Of a stretch of DNA of 64,000 bases, positions 48,861 through 56,993 are shown one piece after another. The DNA comes from Candidatus Gottesmanbacteria bacterium (GTDB lineage: Bacteria; Patescibacteriota; Microgenomatia; UBA10105; UBA927). The notes under the pieces are model-generated. The model ran no database searches and was not told the DNA's origin. It saw only the letters and a list, made by a program, of their open reading frames with translations. Numbering within the stretch: position 1 is the stretch's first letter; each line of letters opens with the position of its first letter. The DNA is taken from positions 795,505-859,504 of the forward strand of contig JAHFKK010000001.1 of the NCBI GenBank assembly GCA_023245335.1, read 5' to 3'. Made by a program: the position numbers and the translations under genes.

Positions 48861-50504
48861 ATGACAGACGTAATTCATCACGAAGAAGAGACGGAAGAAC
48901 CGAAACAGTCCAAAGATCAGCAACTGACGACATCTATGCCGACGCTTGCCCCGATTGTCACCGATCTTATTACGACCTATGGTGAAGGAACCGTCATAGG
49001 AAAGACTGGCGTCGGGTATAACGTCAGCCGTGCGGTTTCTGCATTCGCAGTCTTATTTGAAAAAGTCCGCAATGCGGTCGAATTCCGCGCAGAACACCTC
49101 ATCCGCAGAGCCGCCATTGAACGCATCCTCAAACGGCGTGTGCTTTTAAACGGTGCTGCCGGATCCATCGCAGAAAATCTCATTACCGAGCTTCTTTGGG
49201 CCAAATATATAGATAGTTCTTTCGTCGATGAAGCAAAAATCTCGGAGATCACCCTCATTATCGACAAATATCTTGTCATCAAACAGGCCATCTCCGCAGG
49301 GCACGCCGATATTCCCTGGGATTATGTTCTGGGCGTGGCATCTTCAGAAATCGACGAAGCGATCATTCCGGCCAAAAAACGACAAGCGCTTCTGTACTTC
49401 TTTTACCAGGCCAACCGATCGAAAATATCCCTCGTCGGCGTCGACGAACAACAAACAAACCTTATAACTCTCGTCGCTTGCGAACGAGCATATATGCAAT
49501 CGGATGACGCGCTCATTGCGTTTCACATGACCATGCTTCTGTTGCCGGAATGGTCCAACAATGCCAAGGAAATTGCCGCTCCCTCCGTCTCGCAATTCCT
49601 CCAAACCGCCCATACTATCCGGGCGGCCCTCACGCATCCATTAACAAGCGCCGTATTCCGGTATTTGCGCCGACAGGTGCCGCCGTTTCTCTTGCTTCGG
49701 GACTTCTTCGCGGATGCGGGTCCGGAAGTAAAGAATTATATAGAAGACCCGAAAAAATTTGATGAAAAGCTTACGGAAATAGCGATCCGCCGGTATAACG
49801 AAACCGGACAAAAAGTACGACGGGCCATGGTCCGCAGTTTCATCTATATCTTCCTCACAAAAATGGTTTTCGCATTCGCGCTCGAAGCGCCGTATGACAT
49901 GTACATCATGAAAAAGCTTGCGGTGATCCCACTTGTCGTCAATACGCTTTTCCCGCCCGTCATGCTTTTTCTTGTCGCGGGGCTCTTCAGCGTACCGGGT
50001 GCAGACAACACGCGACGGCTCATCGATCGGATTCATAAACTTATCTACCACTTTGACCAAATCAAGGACGAAAAAGACAACTTTAGCGAAAAACAAAAAG
50101 ACCGCAGGCCGGTTCTCTCTGCCGGGTTTTCGTTTATGTATCTTGCGACATTCGCTATCACGTTCGGTCTTATCAATATCGTGCTCTCCGCACTGCAGTT
50201 TAGTATCCCCAGCAAAATTATTTTCGTCTTCTTCGTCGCCTTGGTATCATTTTTTGCTTACCGGATCCGGCATTCTGCCAAAGAATACGAAATGATCGAC
50301 CGGCAGGGAATCCTCGAGCCCCTCATGGACTTTTTCCTCCTACCCGTCCTGCAGGCCGGACAATTGCTGTCTCAGGGGATAGCCAAACTCAACATATTTA
50401 TCTTTGTCTTTGACTTCATACTAGAAGCGCCGCTCAAAACTATATTTGAGGTTGTCGAAGAATGGATCCGCTTTATCCGCGTCAAGAAGGACGAGATCGT
50501 CTAG
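48861..50504 (+). CDS. hypothetical membrane protein (large cytoplasmic N-domain, about 4 TMs)
   Basis: GAGGAG RBS, long ORF with hydrophobic C-terminal helices. Confidence 0.8.
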   Translation: MTDVIHHEEETEEPKQSKDQQLTTSMPTLAPIVTDLITTYGEGTVIGKTGVGYNVSRAVSAFAVLFEKVRNAVEFRAEHLIRRAAIERILKRRVLLNGAAGSIAENLITELLWAKYIDSSFVDEAKISEITLIIDKYLVIKQAISAGHADIPWDYVLGVASSEIDEAIIPAKKRQALLYFFYQANRSKISLVGVDEQQTNLITLVACERAYMQSDDALIAFHMTMLLLPEWSNNAKEIAAPSVSQFLQTAHTIRAALTHPLTSAVFRYLRRQVPPFLLLRDFFADAGPEVKNYIEDPKKFDEKLTEIAIRRYNETGQKVRRAMVRSFIYIFLTKMVFAFALEAPYDMYIMKKLAVIPLVVNTLFPPVMLFLVAGLFSVPGADNTRRLIDRIHKLIYHFDQIKDEKDNFSEKQKDRRPVLSAGFSFMYLATFAITFGLINIVLSALQFSIPSKIIFVFFVALVSFFAYRIRHSAKEYEMIDRQGILEPLMDFFLLPVLQAGQLLSQGIAKLNIFIFVFDFILEAPLKTIFEVVEEWIRFIRVKKDEIV

Positions 50505-50547
50505 ACACCCCCATTTAGCCCTAAAGATGATATAATTTACTGAGTTT

Positions 50548-50621
50548 GCGCCTGTAGCTCAGCGGATTAGAGCATCTGTCTTCGGAACAGAGGGTCGGGG
50601 GTTCAATTCCCTCCAGGCGCG
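50548..50621 (+). tRNA. tRNA-Arg(TCG)
   Basis: TCTGT-CTTCGGA-ACAGA. Confidence 0.93.
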
Positions 50622-50687
50622 CACAAAATGGTAATCGAGAAGACACATAGGAAGAACCAGATTACATCTATTTGTAGAATATAATTC

Positions 50688-50771
50688 GTCGTGAGCGTGA
50701 CTATTCGGGTGAATAGCTCACGACACATTGGTAGAAAGGATCGTTGGGAAGGAAACGTAGTTTCCGTCCCA
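50688..50771 (+). repeat. tRNA-leader two-hairpin element, copy 3 (before tRNA-Lys)
   Basis: GTCGTGAGC/GCTCACGAC stem plus invariant 36-mer. Confidence 0.9.
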
Positions 50772-50777
50772 AGAACA

Positions 50778-50850
50778 GGGCGCATAGCTCAATTGGCAGA
50801 GCAACTCCCTCTTAAGGAGTCGGTTGGAGGTTCGATTCCTCCTGCGCTCA
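50778..50850 (+). tRNA. tRNA-Lys(CTT)
   Basis: ACTCC-CTCTTAA-GGAGT. Confidence 0.95.
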
Positions 50851-50858
50851 CAAACAAT

Positions 50859-51593
50859 ATGTCTGCTTTTAACCTCAACGAACATTTAGTGAAGGACCAT
50901 AAACGCACGCCGTTCTCGAAATACCTCAGAGAAATTACCTACGGAGGAAACGACGGGATCGTGACCACGTTTGCTGTGGTCGCTGGATTTGCCGGGGCCG
51001 CTGCAGACCCAGCTTCCTCTACCATCCCTATCATCACCGTACTTCTTTTCGGTTTAGCAAATCTGCTTGCTGATGGTTTATCCATGAGCCTGGGAAGTTT
51101 TCTGTCGCTACGGGCAGACCAGGACATGTACAAAAAAGAACGGCAGAAAGAGATCCAAGAAATTGCTGAAACACCTGATCATGAAGTAGAGGAAACGATC
51201 GAGATTCTGAGACAGAAAGGCTTTTCGCTCCCGGATGCGAAAGTGATTACCCGTATGTACCAAAAAAATCACCCGTACTGGATTGAATTCATGATGAAAG
51301 ACGAATTGGAGATGTCGAACCCCGAACAGGAACATCCGACATATGTTGCTCTTTCTACCTTCCTTTCTTTCGTATCTTTCGGCTCTATACCGCTTATTCC
51401 GTACTTTCTCCATCTGCCCGGTAACAGTTTTCCGTACTCCGTGATGGCAACCATTGTAGCGCTCAGTTTACTGGGAATACTCCGCGGTTCTGTCTCCCAT
51501 GAAAAGCCATACCAGGCAGTGTTTGAGACCATATGCGTTGGTGGAATCGCAGCAGCGTCCGCCTACATAGTCGGATCATTCTTCCGAATCTGA
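50859..51593 (+). CDS. VIT1/CCC1 family iron/manganese transporter
   Basis: YGGNDGIVTTFAVVAG, GLANLLADG.SM, MMKDEL. Confidence 0.92.
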   Translation: MSAFNLNEHLVKDHKRTPFSKYLREITYGGNDGIVTTFAVVAGFAGAAADPASSTIPIITVLLFGLANLLADGLSMSLGSFLSLRADQDMYKKERQKEIQEIAETPDHEVEETIEILRQKGFSLPDAKVITRMYQKNHPYWIEFMMKDELEMSNPEQEHPTYVALSTFLSFVSFGSIPLIPYFLHLPGNSFPYSVMATIVALSLLGILRGSVSHEKPYQAVFETICVGGIAAASAYIVGSFFRI

Positions 51594-51649
51594 CGCTCTA
51601 CGCACCAAACTGCGTTGACAGCTCTCCTCCGACATGGCAGTATCTATAT

Positions 51650-52240
51650 ATGGTACGAAACGTGCTTATAGCACTGTGTTGGTTTCCGTTGACGATCGGA
51701 CTCTTGGTGGTCAATTTATTCCTCCTCGTTTCCCTTACCCAAAAAGCTCATCTCGCATCACTTGAAACCTCGCCGCTTGTTAAAATCAATACGTCTTCCT
51801 ACGGCACGGAGCAGGTCTTAGGCGCCAGTGTGACGGCGGGGGACGCACGATCACTGCTTCTCTCCAAATTTTTGCGCGATAATCAATCACCACTTCTAGA
51901 CTATGCGGACTATATCTTAGACCGGGCGGATCATTATGTTATCGACTTTCGTCTGGTGCCGGCGATTGCGATGTGCGAAAGTAATGTCGGCAAACATATA
52001 CCGTCACATGACTCCTTTAACGCTTGGGGCATAAATGTCGCGACCGGTACGATGAATGGGGCCAAATTCCCAAATTGGTTATACGCGATAGACTGGGTCT
52101 CACGCTATATCAAAGAAAAGTATTATGACCGGGGACTCACATCATTGGTCGATATCGGGGCAATATGGGCACCCCCCTCGGTCGAAAATGGTAATTCCTG
52201 GGCAAACTGCGTCAGTTACTTTATGAGTCAAATAAAGTAA
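51650..52240 (+). CDS. membrane-anchored lysozyme-like (glucosaminidase-type) protein
   Basis: N-terminal TM, DFRLVPAIAMCES, FNAWG. Confidence 0.7.
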   Translation: MVRNVLIALCWFPLTIGLLVVNLFLLVSLTQKAHLASLETSPLVKINTSSYGTEQVLGASVTAGDARSLLLSKFLRDNQSPLLDYADYILDRADHYVIDFRLVPAIAMCESNVGKHIPSHDSFNAWGINVATGTMNGAKFPNWLYAIDWVSRYIKEKYYDRGLTSLVDIGAIWAPPSVENGNSWANCVSYFMSQIK

Positions 52241-52319
52241 CGCCCCATAGTCTTCGATTTATTTAAGAAAAAGACTATCTTATCAATATTTCTCATTCGA
52301 TCATATTACCCCATAAGAC

Positions 52320-52348
52320 TTGACAAGTACTATATTATAGGCTATACT
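52320..52348 (+). promoter_or_regulatory. sigma70-type promoter
   Basis: TTGACA-17 nt-TATACT. Confidence 0.8.
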
Positions 52349-52354
52349 TCTCAC

Positions 52355-52595
52355 TTAGATCCTAAGGTTAGTTATCTAATACATAGCTTGCTTTAGGGTT
52401 TTTAATGGATACCCAAGCTCGAAGCTGATCTTGAGTATCGATTAAAAGACGCTTCATTCGAGGCTAAATAGCCTCAAGATTCCCCAGGTCGTCCGCTACT
52501 TAAGATGTCTCTTACCCCACCTTGAATCCCGATAGGATCGGGACTCGATGTGAGGCAGGACTAAGCCCTAAACGTTACCCGGCGAAACGGGAATA
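52355..52595 (+). ncRNA. unassigned structured leader RNA
   Basis: Long-range closing helix plus several internal hairpins between promoter and ATG. Confidence 0.6.
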
Positions 52596-52602
52596 GACAC
52601 AT

Positions 52603-53151
52603 ATGAAAAACATACTTGCCGCCCTTACGATCGTGAGCATTTTAGCGCTGTTGCGTCAACCTGTGTATGCAATAGAGCTTTCCATGTCTGATCCCTCCGC
52701 GAAAGCTAATGGTACCGTCGTGGAGACGGATCCACGACCCATGCGCCTCAAAGCCTATTTGACCGCTAAAGGCTCTCCCATGGCCCAGGATGCTGATTTC
52801 TTTGTGAACGAAGCTGATCGTCTGAACGTCGATTGGAAATTGGTCGCAGCCATCGCCGGCGTAGAATCAGGTTTCGGGCAGCATATCCCCACCGGTTCGT
52901 TCAACGCCTGGGGTTGGGGAGTGTTTACCGGGACCAATGACGGCGTCCATTTCGCGTCGTGGAAAGACGGTATCACCCAAGTATCCGAAGGACTTCGCAC
53001 GAAGTATCTCGATAAAGGTGCCCACACCGTTGATGAAATCGGCAGTATATATGCCGCTTCTCCTGTCTGGAGTTATAAAGTCAAATGGATGATCTCTGAC
53101 ATAGATGGGTATCATCCTCACTCTTCCGACTTACTAGCCGTTACCATCTAA
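52603..53151 (+). CDS. secreted lysozyme-like (glucosaminidase-type) protein, paralog of 51650-52240
   Basis: Signal peptide, DWKLVAAIAGVES, FNAWGWG. Confidence 0.75.
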   Translation: MKNILAALTIVSILALLRQPVYAIELSMSDPSAKANGTVVETDPRPMRLKAYLTAKGSPMAQDADFFVNEADRLNVDWKLVAAIAGVESGFGQHIPTGSFNAWGWGVFTGTNDGVHFASWKDGITQVSEGLRTKYLDKGAHTVDEIGSIYAASPVWSYKVKWMISDIDGYHPHSSDLLAVTI

Positions 53152-53267
53152 CATACTCTCGAGAGGAAACCTTGGTTTCCTCTCGACGCGCACTGAGCAT
53201 AGCTCAGTAAAAACAGCGCTGCTCTCTTTCCTTTAGCATAGCATTTCACATATAATAAGTTCGCTTT

Positions 53268-53350
53268 GCTCCCGTGGCGGAACTGGCATACGCGTACGCT
53301 TTAGGAGCGTATCCCCAAAAGGGTTAGAGGTTCAACTCCTCTCGGGAGCA
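53268..53350 (+). tRNA. tRNA-Leu(TAG)
   Basis: Type II cloverleaf, TACGC-TTTAGGA-GCGTA. Confidence 0.95.
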
Positions 53351-53460
53351 CAAATTGATTTATCCTGAATAGCTGAATAGAGCAATCCGGACACGAGGCA
53401 AACGGGTCTCAGGAACACATACCGTTGACCTACAACTTTCTCTGATGCTAGGATTGATAT

Positions 53461-54255
53461 ATGAGGAAACTCCTGTCCGCAGTACTTCTCCTTCTTGTAA
53501 TGCTGTTAGTGAGCAAGGTGCCGGTCTATGCCTCGTCAGCCCAAGCCTACCAGGATTTCCAATATCAATTTGACCTTTATCGCACGAGCTTGTCTAATTA
53601 CGTGACCGCCCGCAACCAATACAAACAATTCAACACACTCGAGTCTTCGCAGGATACGCTTGATAAAGTAAAAGTCTATATTGCTCAACGCAATCAGGTA
53701 GCCAAAGCATATTTTCTTTTCCTCAATGAAAAAATAAGCGAGGACCCGGGACTCATTTCGACGGATCTGAACTTATACCGCGGCTTGATCACCAATCAAG
53801 TAGGGTTCCTTGACCAAAACACGGCAGCGCCTATCGGATCCCTGGACGATGCGACAAAAACTTCGACCGCATTTATCAAAAATTACTTACCCATGCAGAT
53901 GGGATACCGGCAAATCATTGTCGGACTTGAGCTCGGATATTTGAGCTTTTTCGCGACAAAATTTGATGCAGCAGCGGCAACGGCTCAGAACCTCATTACG
54001 GCCTCCCATGGCTATGCTTCACCCGAGAAACAAGCGACATTGGATCGCTGGCTCATCGCGCTTTCCAATAAACACAGTCTCTACCAAGAGCAGGATAAGG
54101 CGATCCGCAAAGCGATGACGAGCATAAAAGGCGATATTCAGGAACAGGACCGTCAGTTGGCTTCTGTCCAAAAGCTGATTGTCAGTGCCCGTCAGAATCT
54201 GGTCGAAGGAACCTCCTATCTCGGCGAGGTAGAAACGGCTTTACAATATGAATGA
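53461..54255 (+). CDS. secreted helical hypothetical protein
   Basis: Signal peptide ending VYA, helical composition. Confidence 0.8.
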   Translation: MRKLLSAVLLLLVMLLVSKVPVYASSAQAYQDFQYQFDLYRTSLSNYVTARNQYKQFNTLESSQDTLDKVKVYIAQRNQVAKAYFLFLNEKISEDPGLISTDLNLYRGLITNQVGFLDQNTAAPIGSLDDATKTSTAFIKNYLPMQMGYRQIIVGLELGYLSFFATKFDAAAATAQNLITASHGYASPEKQATLDRWLIALSNKHSLYQEQDKAIRKAMTSIKGDIQEQDRQLASVQKLIVSARQNLVEGTSYLGEVETALQYE

Positions 54256-54670
54256 CGCACCACCCACACCTGTCGCACCCGTACCGTCGATCCAAGAAAC
54301 TCCCTTGCCGGCGTCGCTCACGCCCGAAGTTACTCCCACACCGGCCGCACCCGCTCCTATGCCGCCGCAACCGAAAAAGCCGTTACCCAAAAATTTCGTC
54401 ATCGTGGGAGCGGTCGTATTCGTCATCCTCATCGTCGTACTCGTCTACCTGCAAGCGCTTCAAAATAAGCCGGTTGCGCAATTACCGGCTCCCACTCCTG
54501 CGCCACTAGCCACACCCACACCCATGCGCATACTGACCCCCATTGCTACCACCAGCGCATTTATGTCATTTCATGAGTCGGTAGCATCTCTTTCTGCGAC
54601 CATCAACGGATTCTCATTCGTGGACGGCACGCTCACACCACCCGTATTGGATTTGGATCTTGGATTATAG
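54248..54670 (+). CDS. Pro/Thr-rich single-TM hypothetical protein
   Basis: PT-rich tracts flanking one TM; overlaps the upstream stop codon. Confidence 0.75.
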   Translation: MNDAPPTPVAPVPSIQETPLPASLTPEVTPTPAAPAPMPPQPKKPLPKNFVIVGAVVFVILIVVLVYLQALQNKPVAQLPAPTPAPLATPTPMRILTPIATTSAFMSFHESVASLSATINGFSFVDGTLTPPVLDLDLGL

Positions 54671-54722
54671 CGGTAATTTCGCCTTTGCAGGAACGCCCGG
54701 GGGTATGATACACTCCTCTCGT

Positions 54723-55571
54723 ATGAAAAGCGCAATTGAACGCACCTCCGACGGCACTATTACCCTTACCGTCACTATCCCTTGGACCGATATCAAATCC
54801 CTCTACCAGGTCGTCGTGGACGAAAACGTCGCGAATGCGGAAATTTCAGGATTTCGGAAAGGCAAGGCACCCAAAAAGATGGTAGAGGAGAATCTCGATA
54901 AAACCAAAGTATATGAAGAAACGATCAGACGGCTGGTACCAAAAGCCTATAGCGACGCTGTCAGCGAACACAAATTGACGCCGATCATGATGCCGCAGAT
55001 CGATCTAAAATCCGCAGAAGAAGGCAAAGATTGGATCATCCTGGCAAAGACCTGCGAGAAACCCAAAGTGACGCTCGGCGACTACAAAAAGGCGGTCGGT
55101 GATCTCAAATTCTCCAAAACCAAAAAAATCTTTATACCGGGAAAAGAAGAAGCGCCCAATGATGACAAGAAAGGTCCGAGTGTCGACGAAGTACTCGCAG
55201 CCCTTCTCACAGCCGTAAAAGTTGCCATCCCGGCCATCCTTATCGACCACGAAGTGACGCACCAACTATCACAGCTTGTCGATCAGACCAAAAAACTGGG
55301 CCTATCTGTCGAGCAGTATCTGGCATCCACCAATAGGACGGCCGATTCGGTTCGGACCGAGTACGCAGGAATTGCGGAAAAAAATCTCAGCCTGGAATTC
55401 GCACTCGAAGCTATTGCTGATCATGACCACATCGAGGTGAGTAATGATGAAATTGCAAAAATTCTAGAAAGCGCCAAAACTCCCGAAGAGCGCCAAAACC
55501 TCGAAAGTCAGCGCTACTACCTGACGTCTTTAGTTCGACGGCAAAAGACCATGGATGCTCTTATGGCCTAA
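54723..55571 (+). CDS. tig: trigger factor (N and C domains, no FKBP domain)
   Basis: GFRKGKAP ribosome-binding signature; only about 282 aa. Confidence 0.88.
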   Translation: MKSAIERTSDGTITLTVTIPWTDIKSLYQVVVDENVANAEISGFRKGKAPKKMVEENLDKTKVYEETIRRLVPKAYSDAVSEHKLTPIMMPQIDLKSAEEGKDWIILAKTCEKPKVTLGDYKKAVGDLKFSKTKKIFIPGKEEAPNDDKKGPSVDEVLAALLTAVKVAIPAILIDHEVTHQLSQLVDQTKKLGLSVEQYLASTNRTADSVRTEYAGIAEKNLSLEFALEAIADHDHIEVSNDEIAKILESAKTPEERQNLESQRYYLTSLVRRQKTMDALMA

Positions 55572-55625
55572 GCGATGGTGAATTTTTTGTAAAATTGCGT
55601 GCCCTGTAGTATAATGCGGCCAAGT

Positions 55626-56222
55626 ATGCAAGCGGCACAAAAGAAACCAATAGGCTCCTACAAAAACGACAATGTGCTTGAGACGTTGGGGTCCATCCCT
55701 TCCTCCATAGGCACAAATACCGCAGCTGAAGTAGGGAAAATAGGCACGGATATCGTTTCGGCGCTTTTGGGTGGAATCCCGAAATCCGGCGACCTGGAGC
55801 CAAATCAGGTCATCGAATTCGGCCAGCAAAAAGCCGAACAACAGCCGCAACCCATAAGTATGCCCCGACTGGAAGTCCAGCCCAGGCCAAATATGACCGA
55901 AATAGAGGCGCAAACCCGCCAGCAAATTGAGGCTATCCGACAGGAACTCAAAGCCCTTTCTAAATCAATTAAGGGCCTGAACCAGGAAGTGCAGGCAGCC
56001 GTTAGCCAGGAACCGGTCGATCCGGGCATATATCACATGAATTTCTATGAACAACTGCGCTCCTTCATCGCGGTACTTCGCCAACAGATCGAAGACAGCC
56101 GGAGCTGGCTCGCAACCTTTAATTCACGGAAACAGAAAAAAGGATATTGGGGCATGTATAAAAAACACGGGACCAACTTCGGACTCTCCAGCGAACGGTC
56201 TCTTGCGACCTCTGCTGGCTAA
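55626..56222 (+). CDS. DUF5660-like CPR protein
   Basis: PGIYHMNF and C-terminal KKGYWGMYKKHGTNFGLSSER. Confidence 0.7.
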   Translation: MQAAQKKPIGSYKNDNVLETLGSIPSSIGTNTAAEVGKIGTDIVSALLGGIPKSGDLEPNQVIEFGQQKAEQQPQPISMPRLEVQPRPNMTEIEAQTRQQIEAIRQELKALSKSIKGLNQEVQAAVSQEPVDPGIYHMNFYEQLRSFIAVLRQQIEDSRSWLATFNSRKQKKGYWGMYKKHGTNFGLSSERSLATSAG

Positions 56223-56294
56223 TCAATGAAGCAGTTTTCTTCTATTGTCTCCTTTGAACCGCCTATATATAATAATGTTGTTGGGGCGTCGTCA

Positions 56295-56368
56295 GGGCGC
56301 ATAGCTCAGCTGGCTAGAGCGTTGCATTCACATTGCAAAGGTCCGGGGTTCAAGTCCCTGTGCGCCCA
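56295..56368 (+). tRNA. tRNA-Val(CAC)
   Basis: TTGCA-TTCACAT-TGCAA. Confidence 0.95.
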
Positions 56369-56421
56369 CACTATCGGCAATCTACATAATATAAATTTTT
56401 TAGGAAGGGAGGCTAGCCAGT

Positions 56422-56865
56422 ATGGCAGCTAAACTATTTGTCGGGAGTCTTTCGTGGGATACCACGGATGACAGCCTGCGTAACTTTTTTAGTGCTGCGG
56501 GTACCGTCGTTTCGGCGACCGTACTTACAGACAAATTCACGGGGAAATCCCGGGGATTTGGTTTTGTGGAAATGTCCTCTGATGAGGAAGCTCAAAAAGC
56601 AATTGCCGAGCTAAACGGTAAAACGCTGGATGGTAGAGCAATCGTCGTCAACGAGGCCAGGCCCATGGCGCCCCGTGATAACCACGGCGGCGGGGGTGGG
56701 GGACGGTCCTTTGGTGGTGGCGGTGGAGGCGGCTACCGCGGTGGTGGTGGCGGGGGTGGATTTAACCGCGGTGGCGGAGGTGGAGGCGGACACCGTGGCG
56801 GTGGACATCGCGGAGGCCGGGATTTCGGCGGCGGCGGTGACGACCGTGGCGGCAGGGATTGGTAA
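56422..56865 (+). CDS. RRM RNA-binding protein with Gly/Arg-rich tail
   Basis: RNP2 LFVGSL, RNP1 RGFGFVEM, RGG tail. Confidence 0.95.
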   Translation: MAAKLFVGSLSWDTTDDSLRNFFSAAGTVVSATVLTDKFTGKSRGFGFVEMSSDEEAQKAIAELNGKTLDGRAIVVNEARPMAPRDNHGGGGGGRSFGGGGGGGYRGGGGGGGFNRGGGGGGGHRGGGHRGGRDFGGGGDDRGGRDW

Positions 56866-56883
56866 ATCGTTATATAAACATTG

Positions 56884-56918
56884 CAAAAAGCCACCCGCGA
56901 GGGTGGCTTTTTGGTTTT
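56884..56918 (+). terminator. intrinsic terminator
   Basis: CAAAAAGCCACCC-GCGA-GGGTGGCTTTTTG. Confidence 0.85.
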
Positions 56919-56993
56919 GTGAAGTAGCATACAGACAAAAATACAAGATGGGCGTAGGATTGCTGGGATCTGCCGAATATCGAACTTATCAAC

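Noticed and set aside
50691-50858. N-terminal extensions of the VIT1 ORF, and of ORFs at 41667 and 48792
   Set aside because: The extensions run through tRNA genes; downstream ATGs (50859, 41745, 48861) were used instead.
52355-52602. Leader as c-di-AMP (ydaO) riboswitch, SRP, 6S, tmRNA or RNase P RNA
   Set aside because: Only a TGAATCC fragment resembles ydaO; the diagnostic motifs of these families were not found by eye.
56685-56860. GGC/GGT-rich low-complexity repeat
   Set aside because: It encodes the Gly/Arg-rich tail of the RRM protein; the overlapping Pro-rich and Val/Ala-rich ORFs are shadows.
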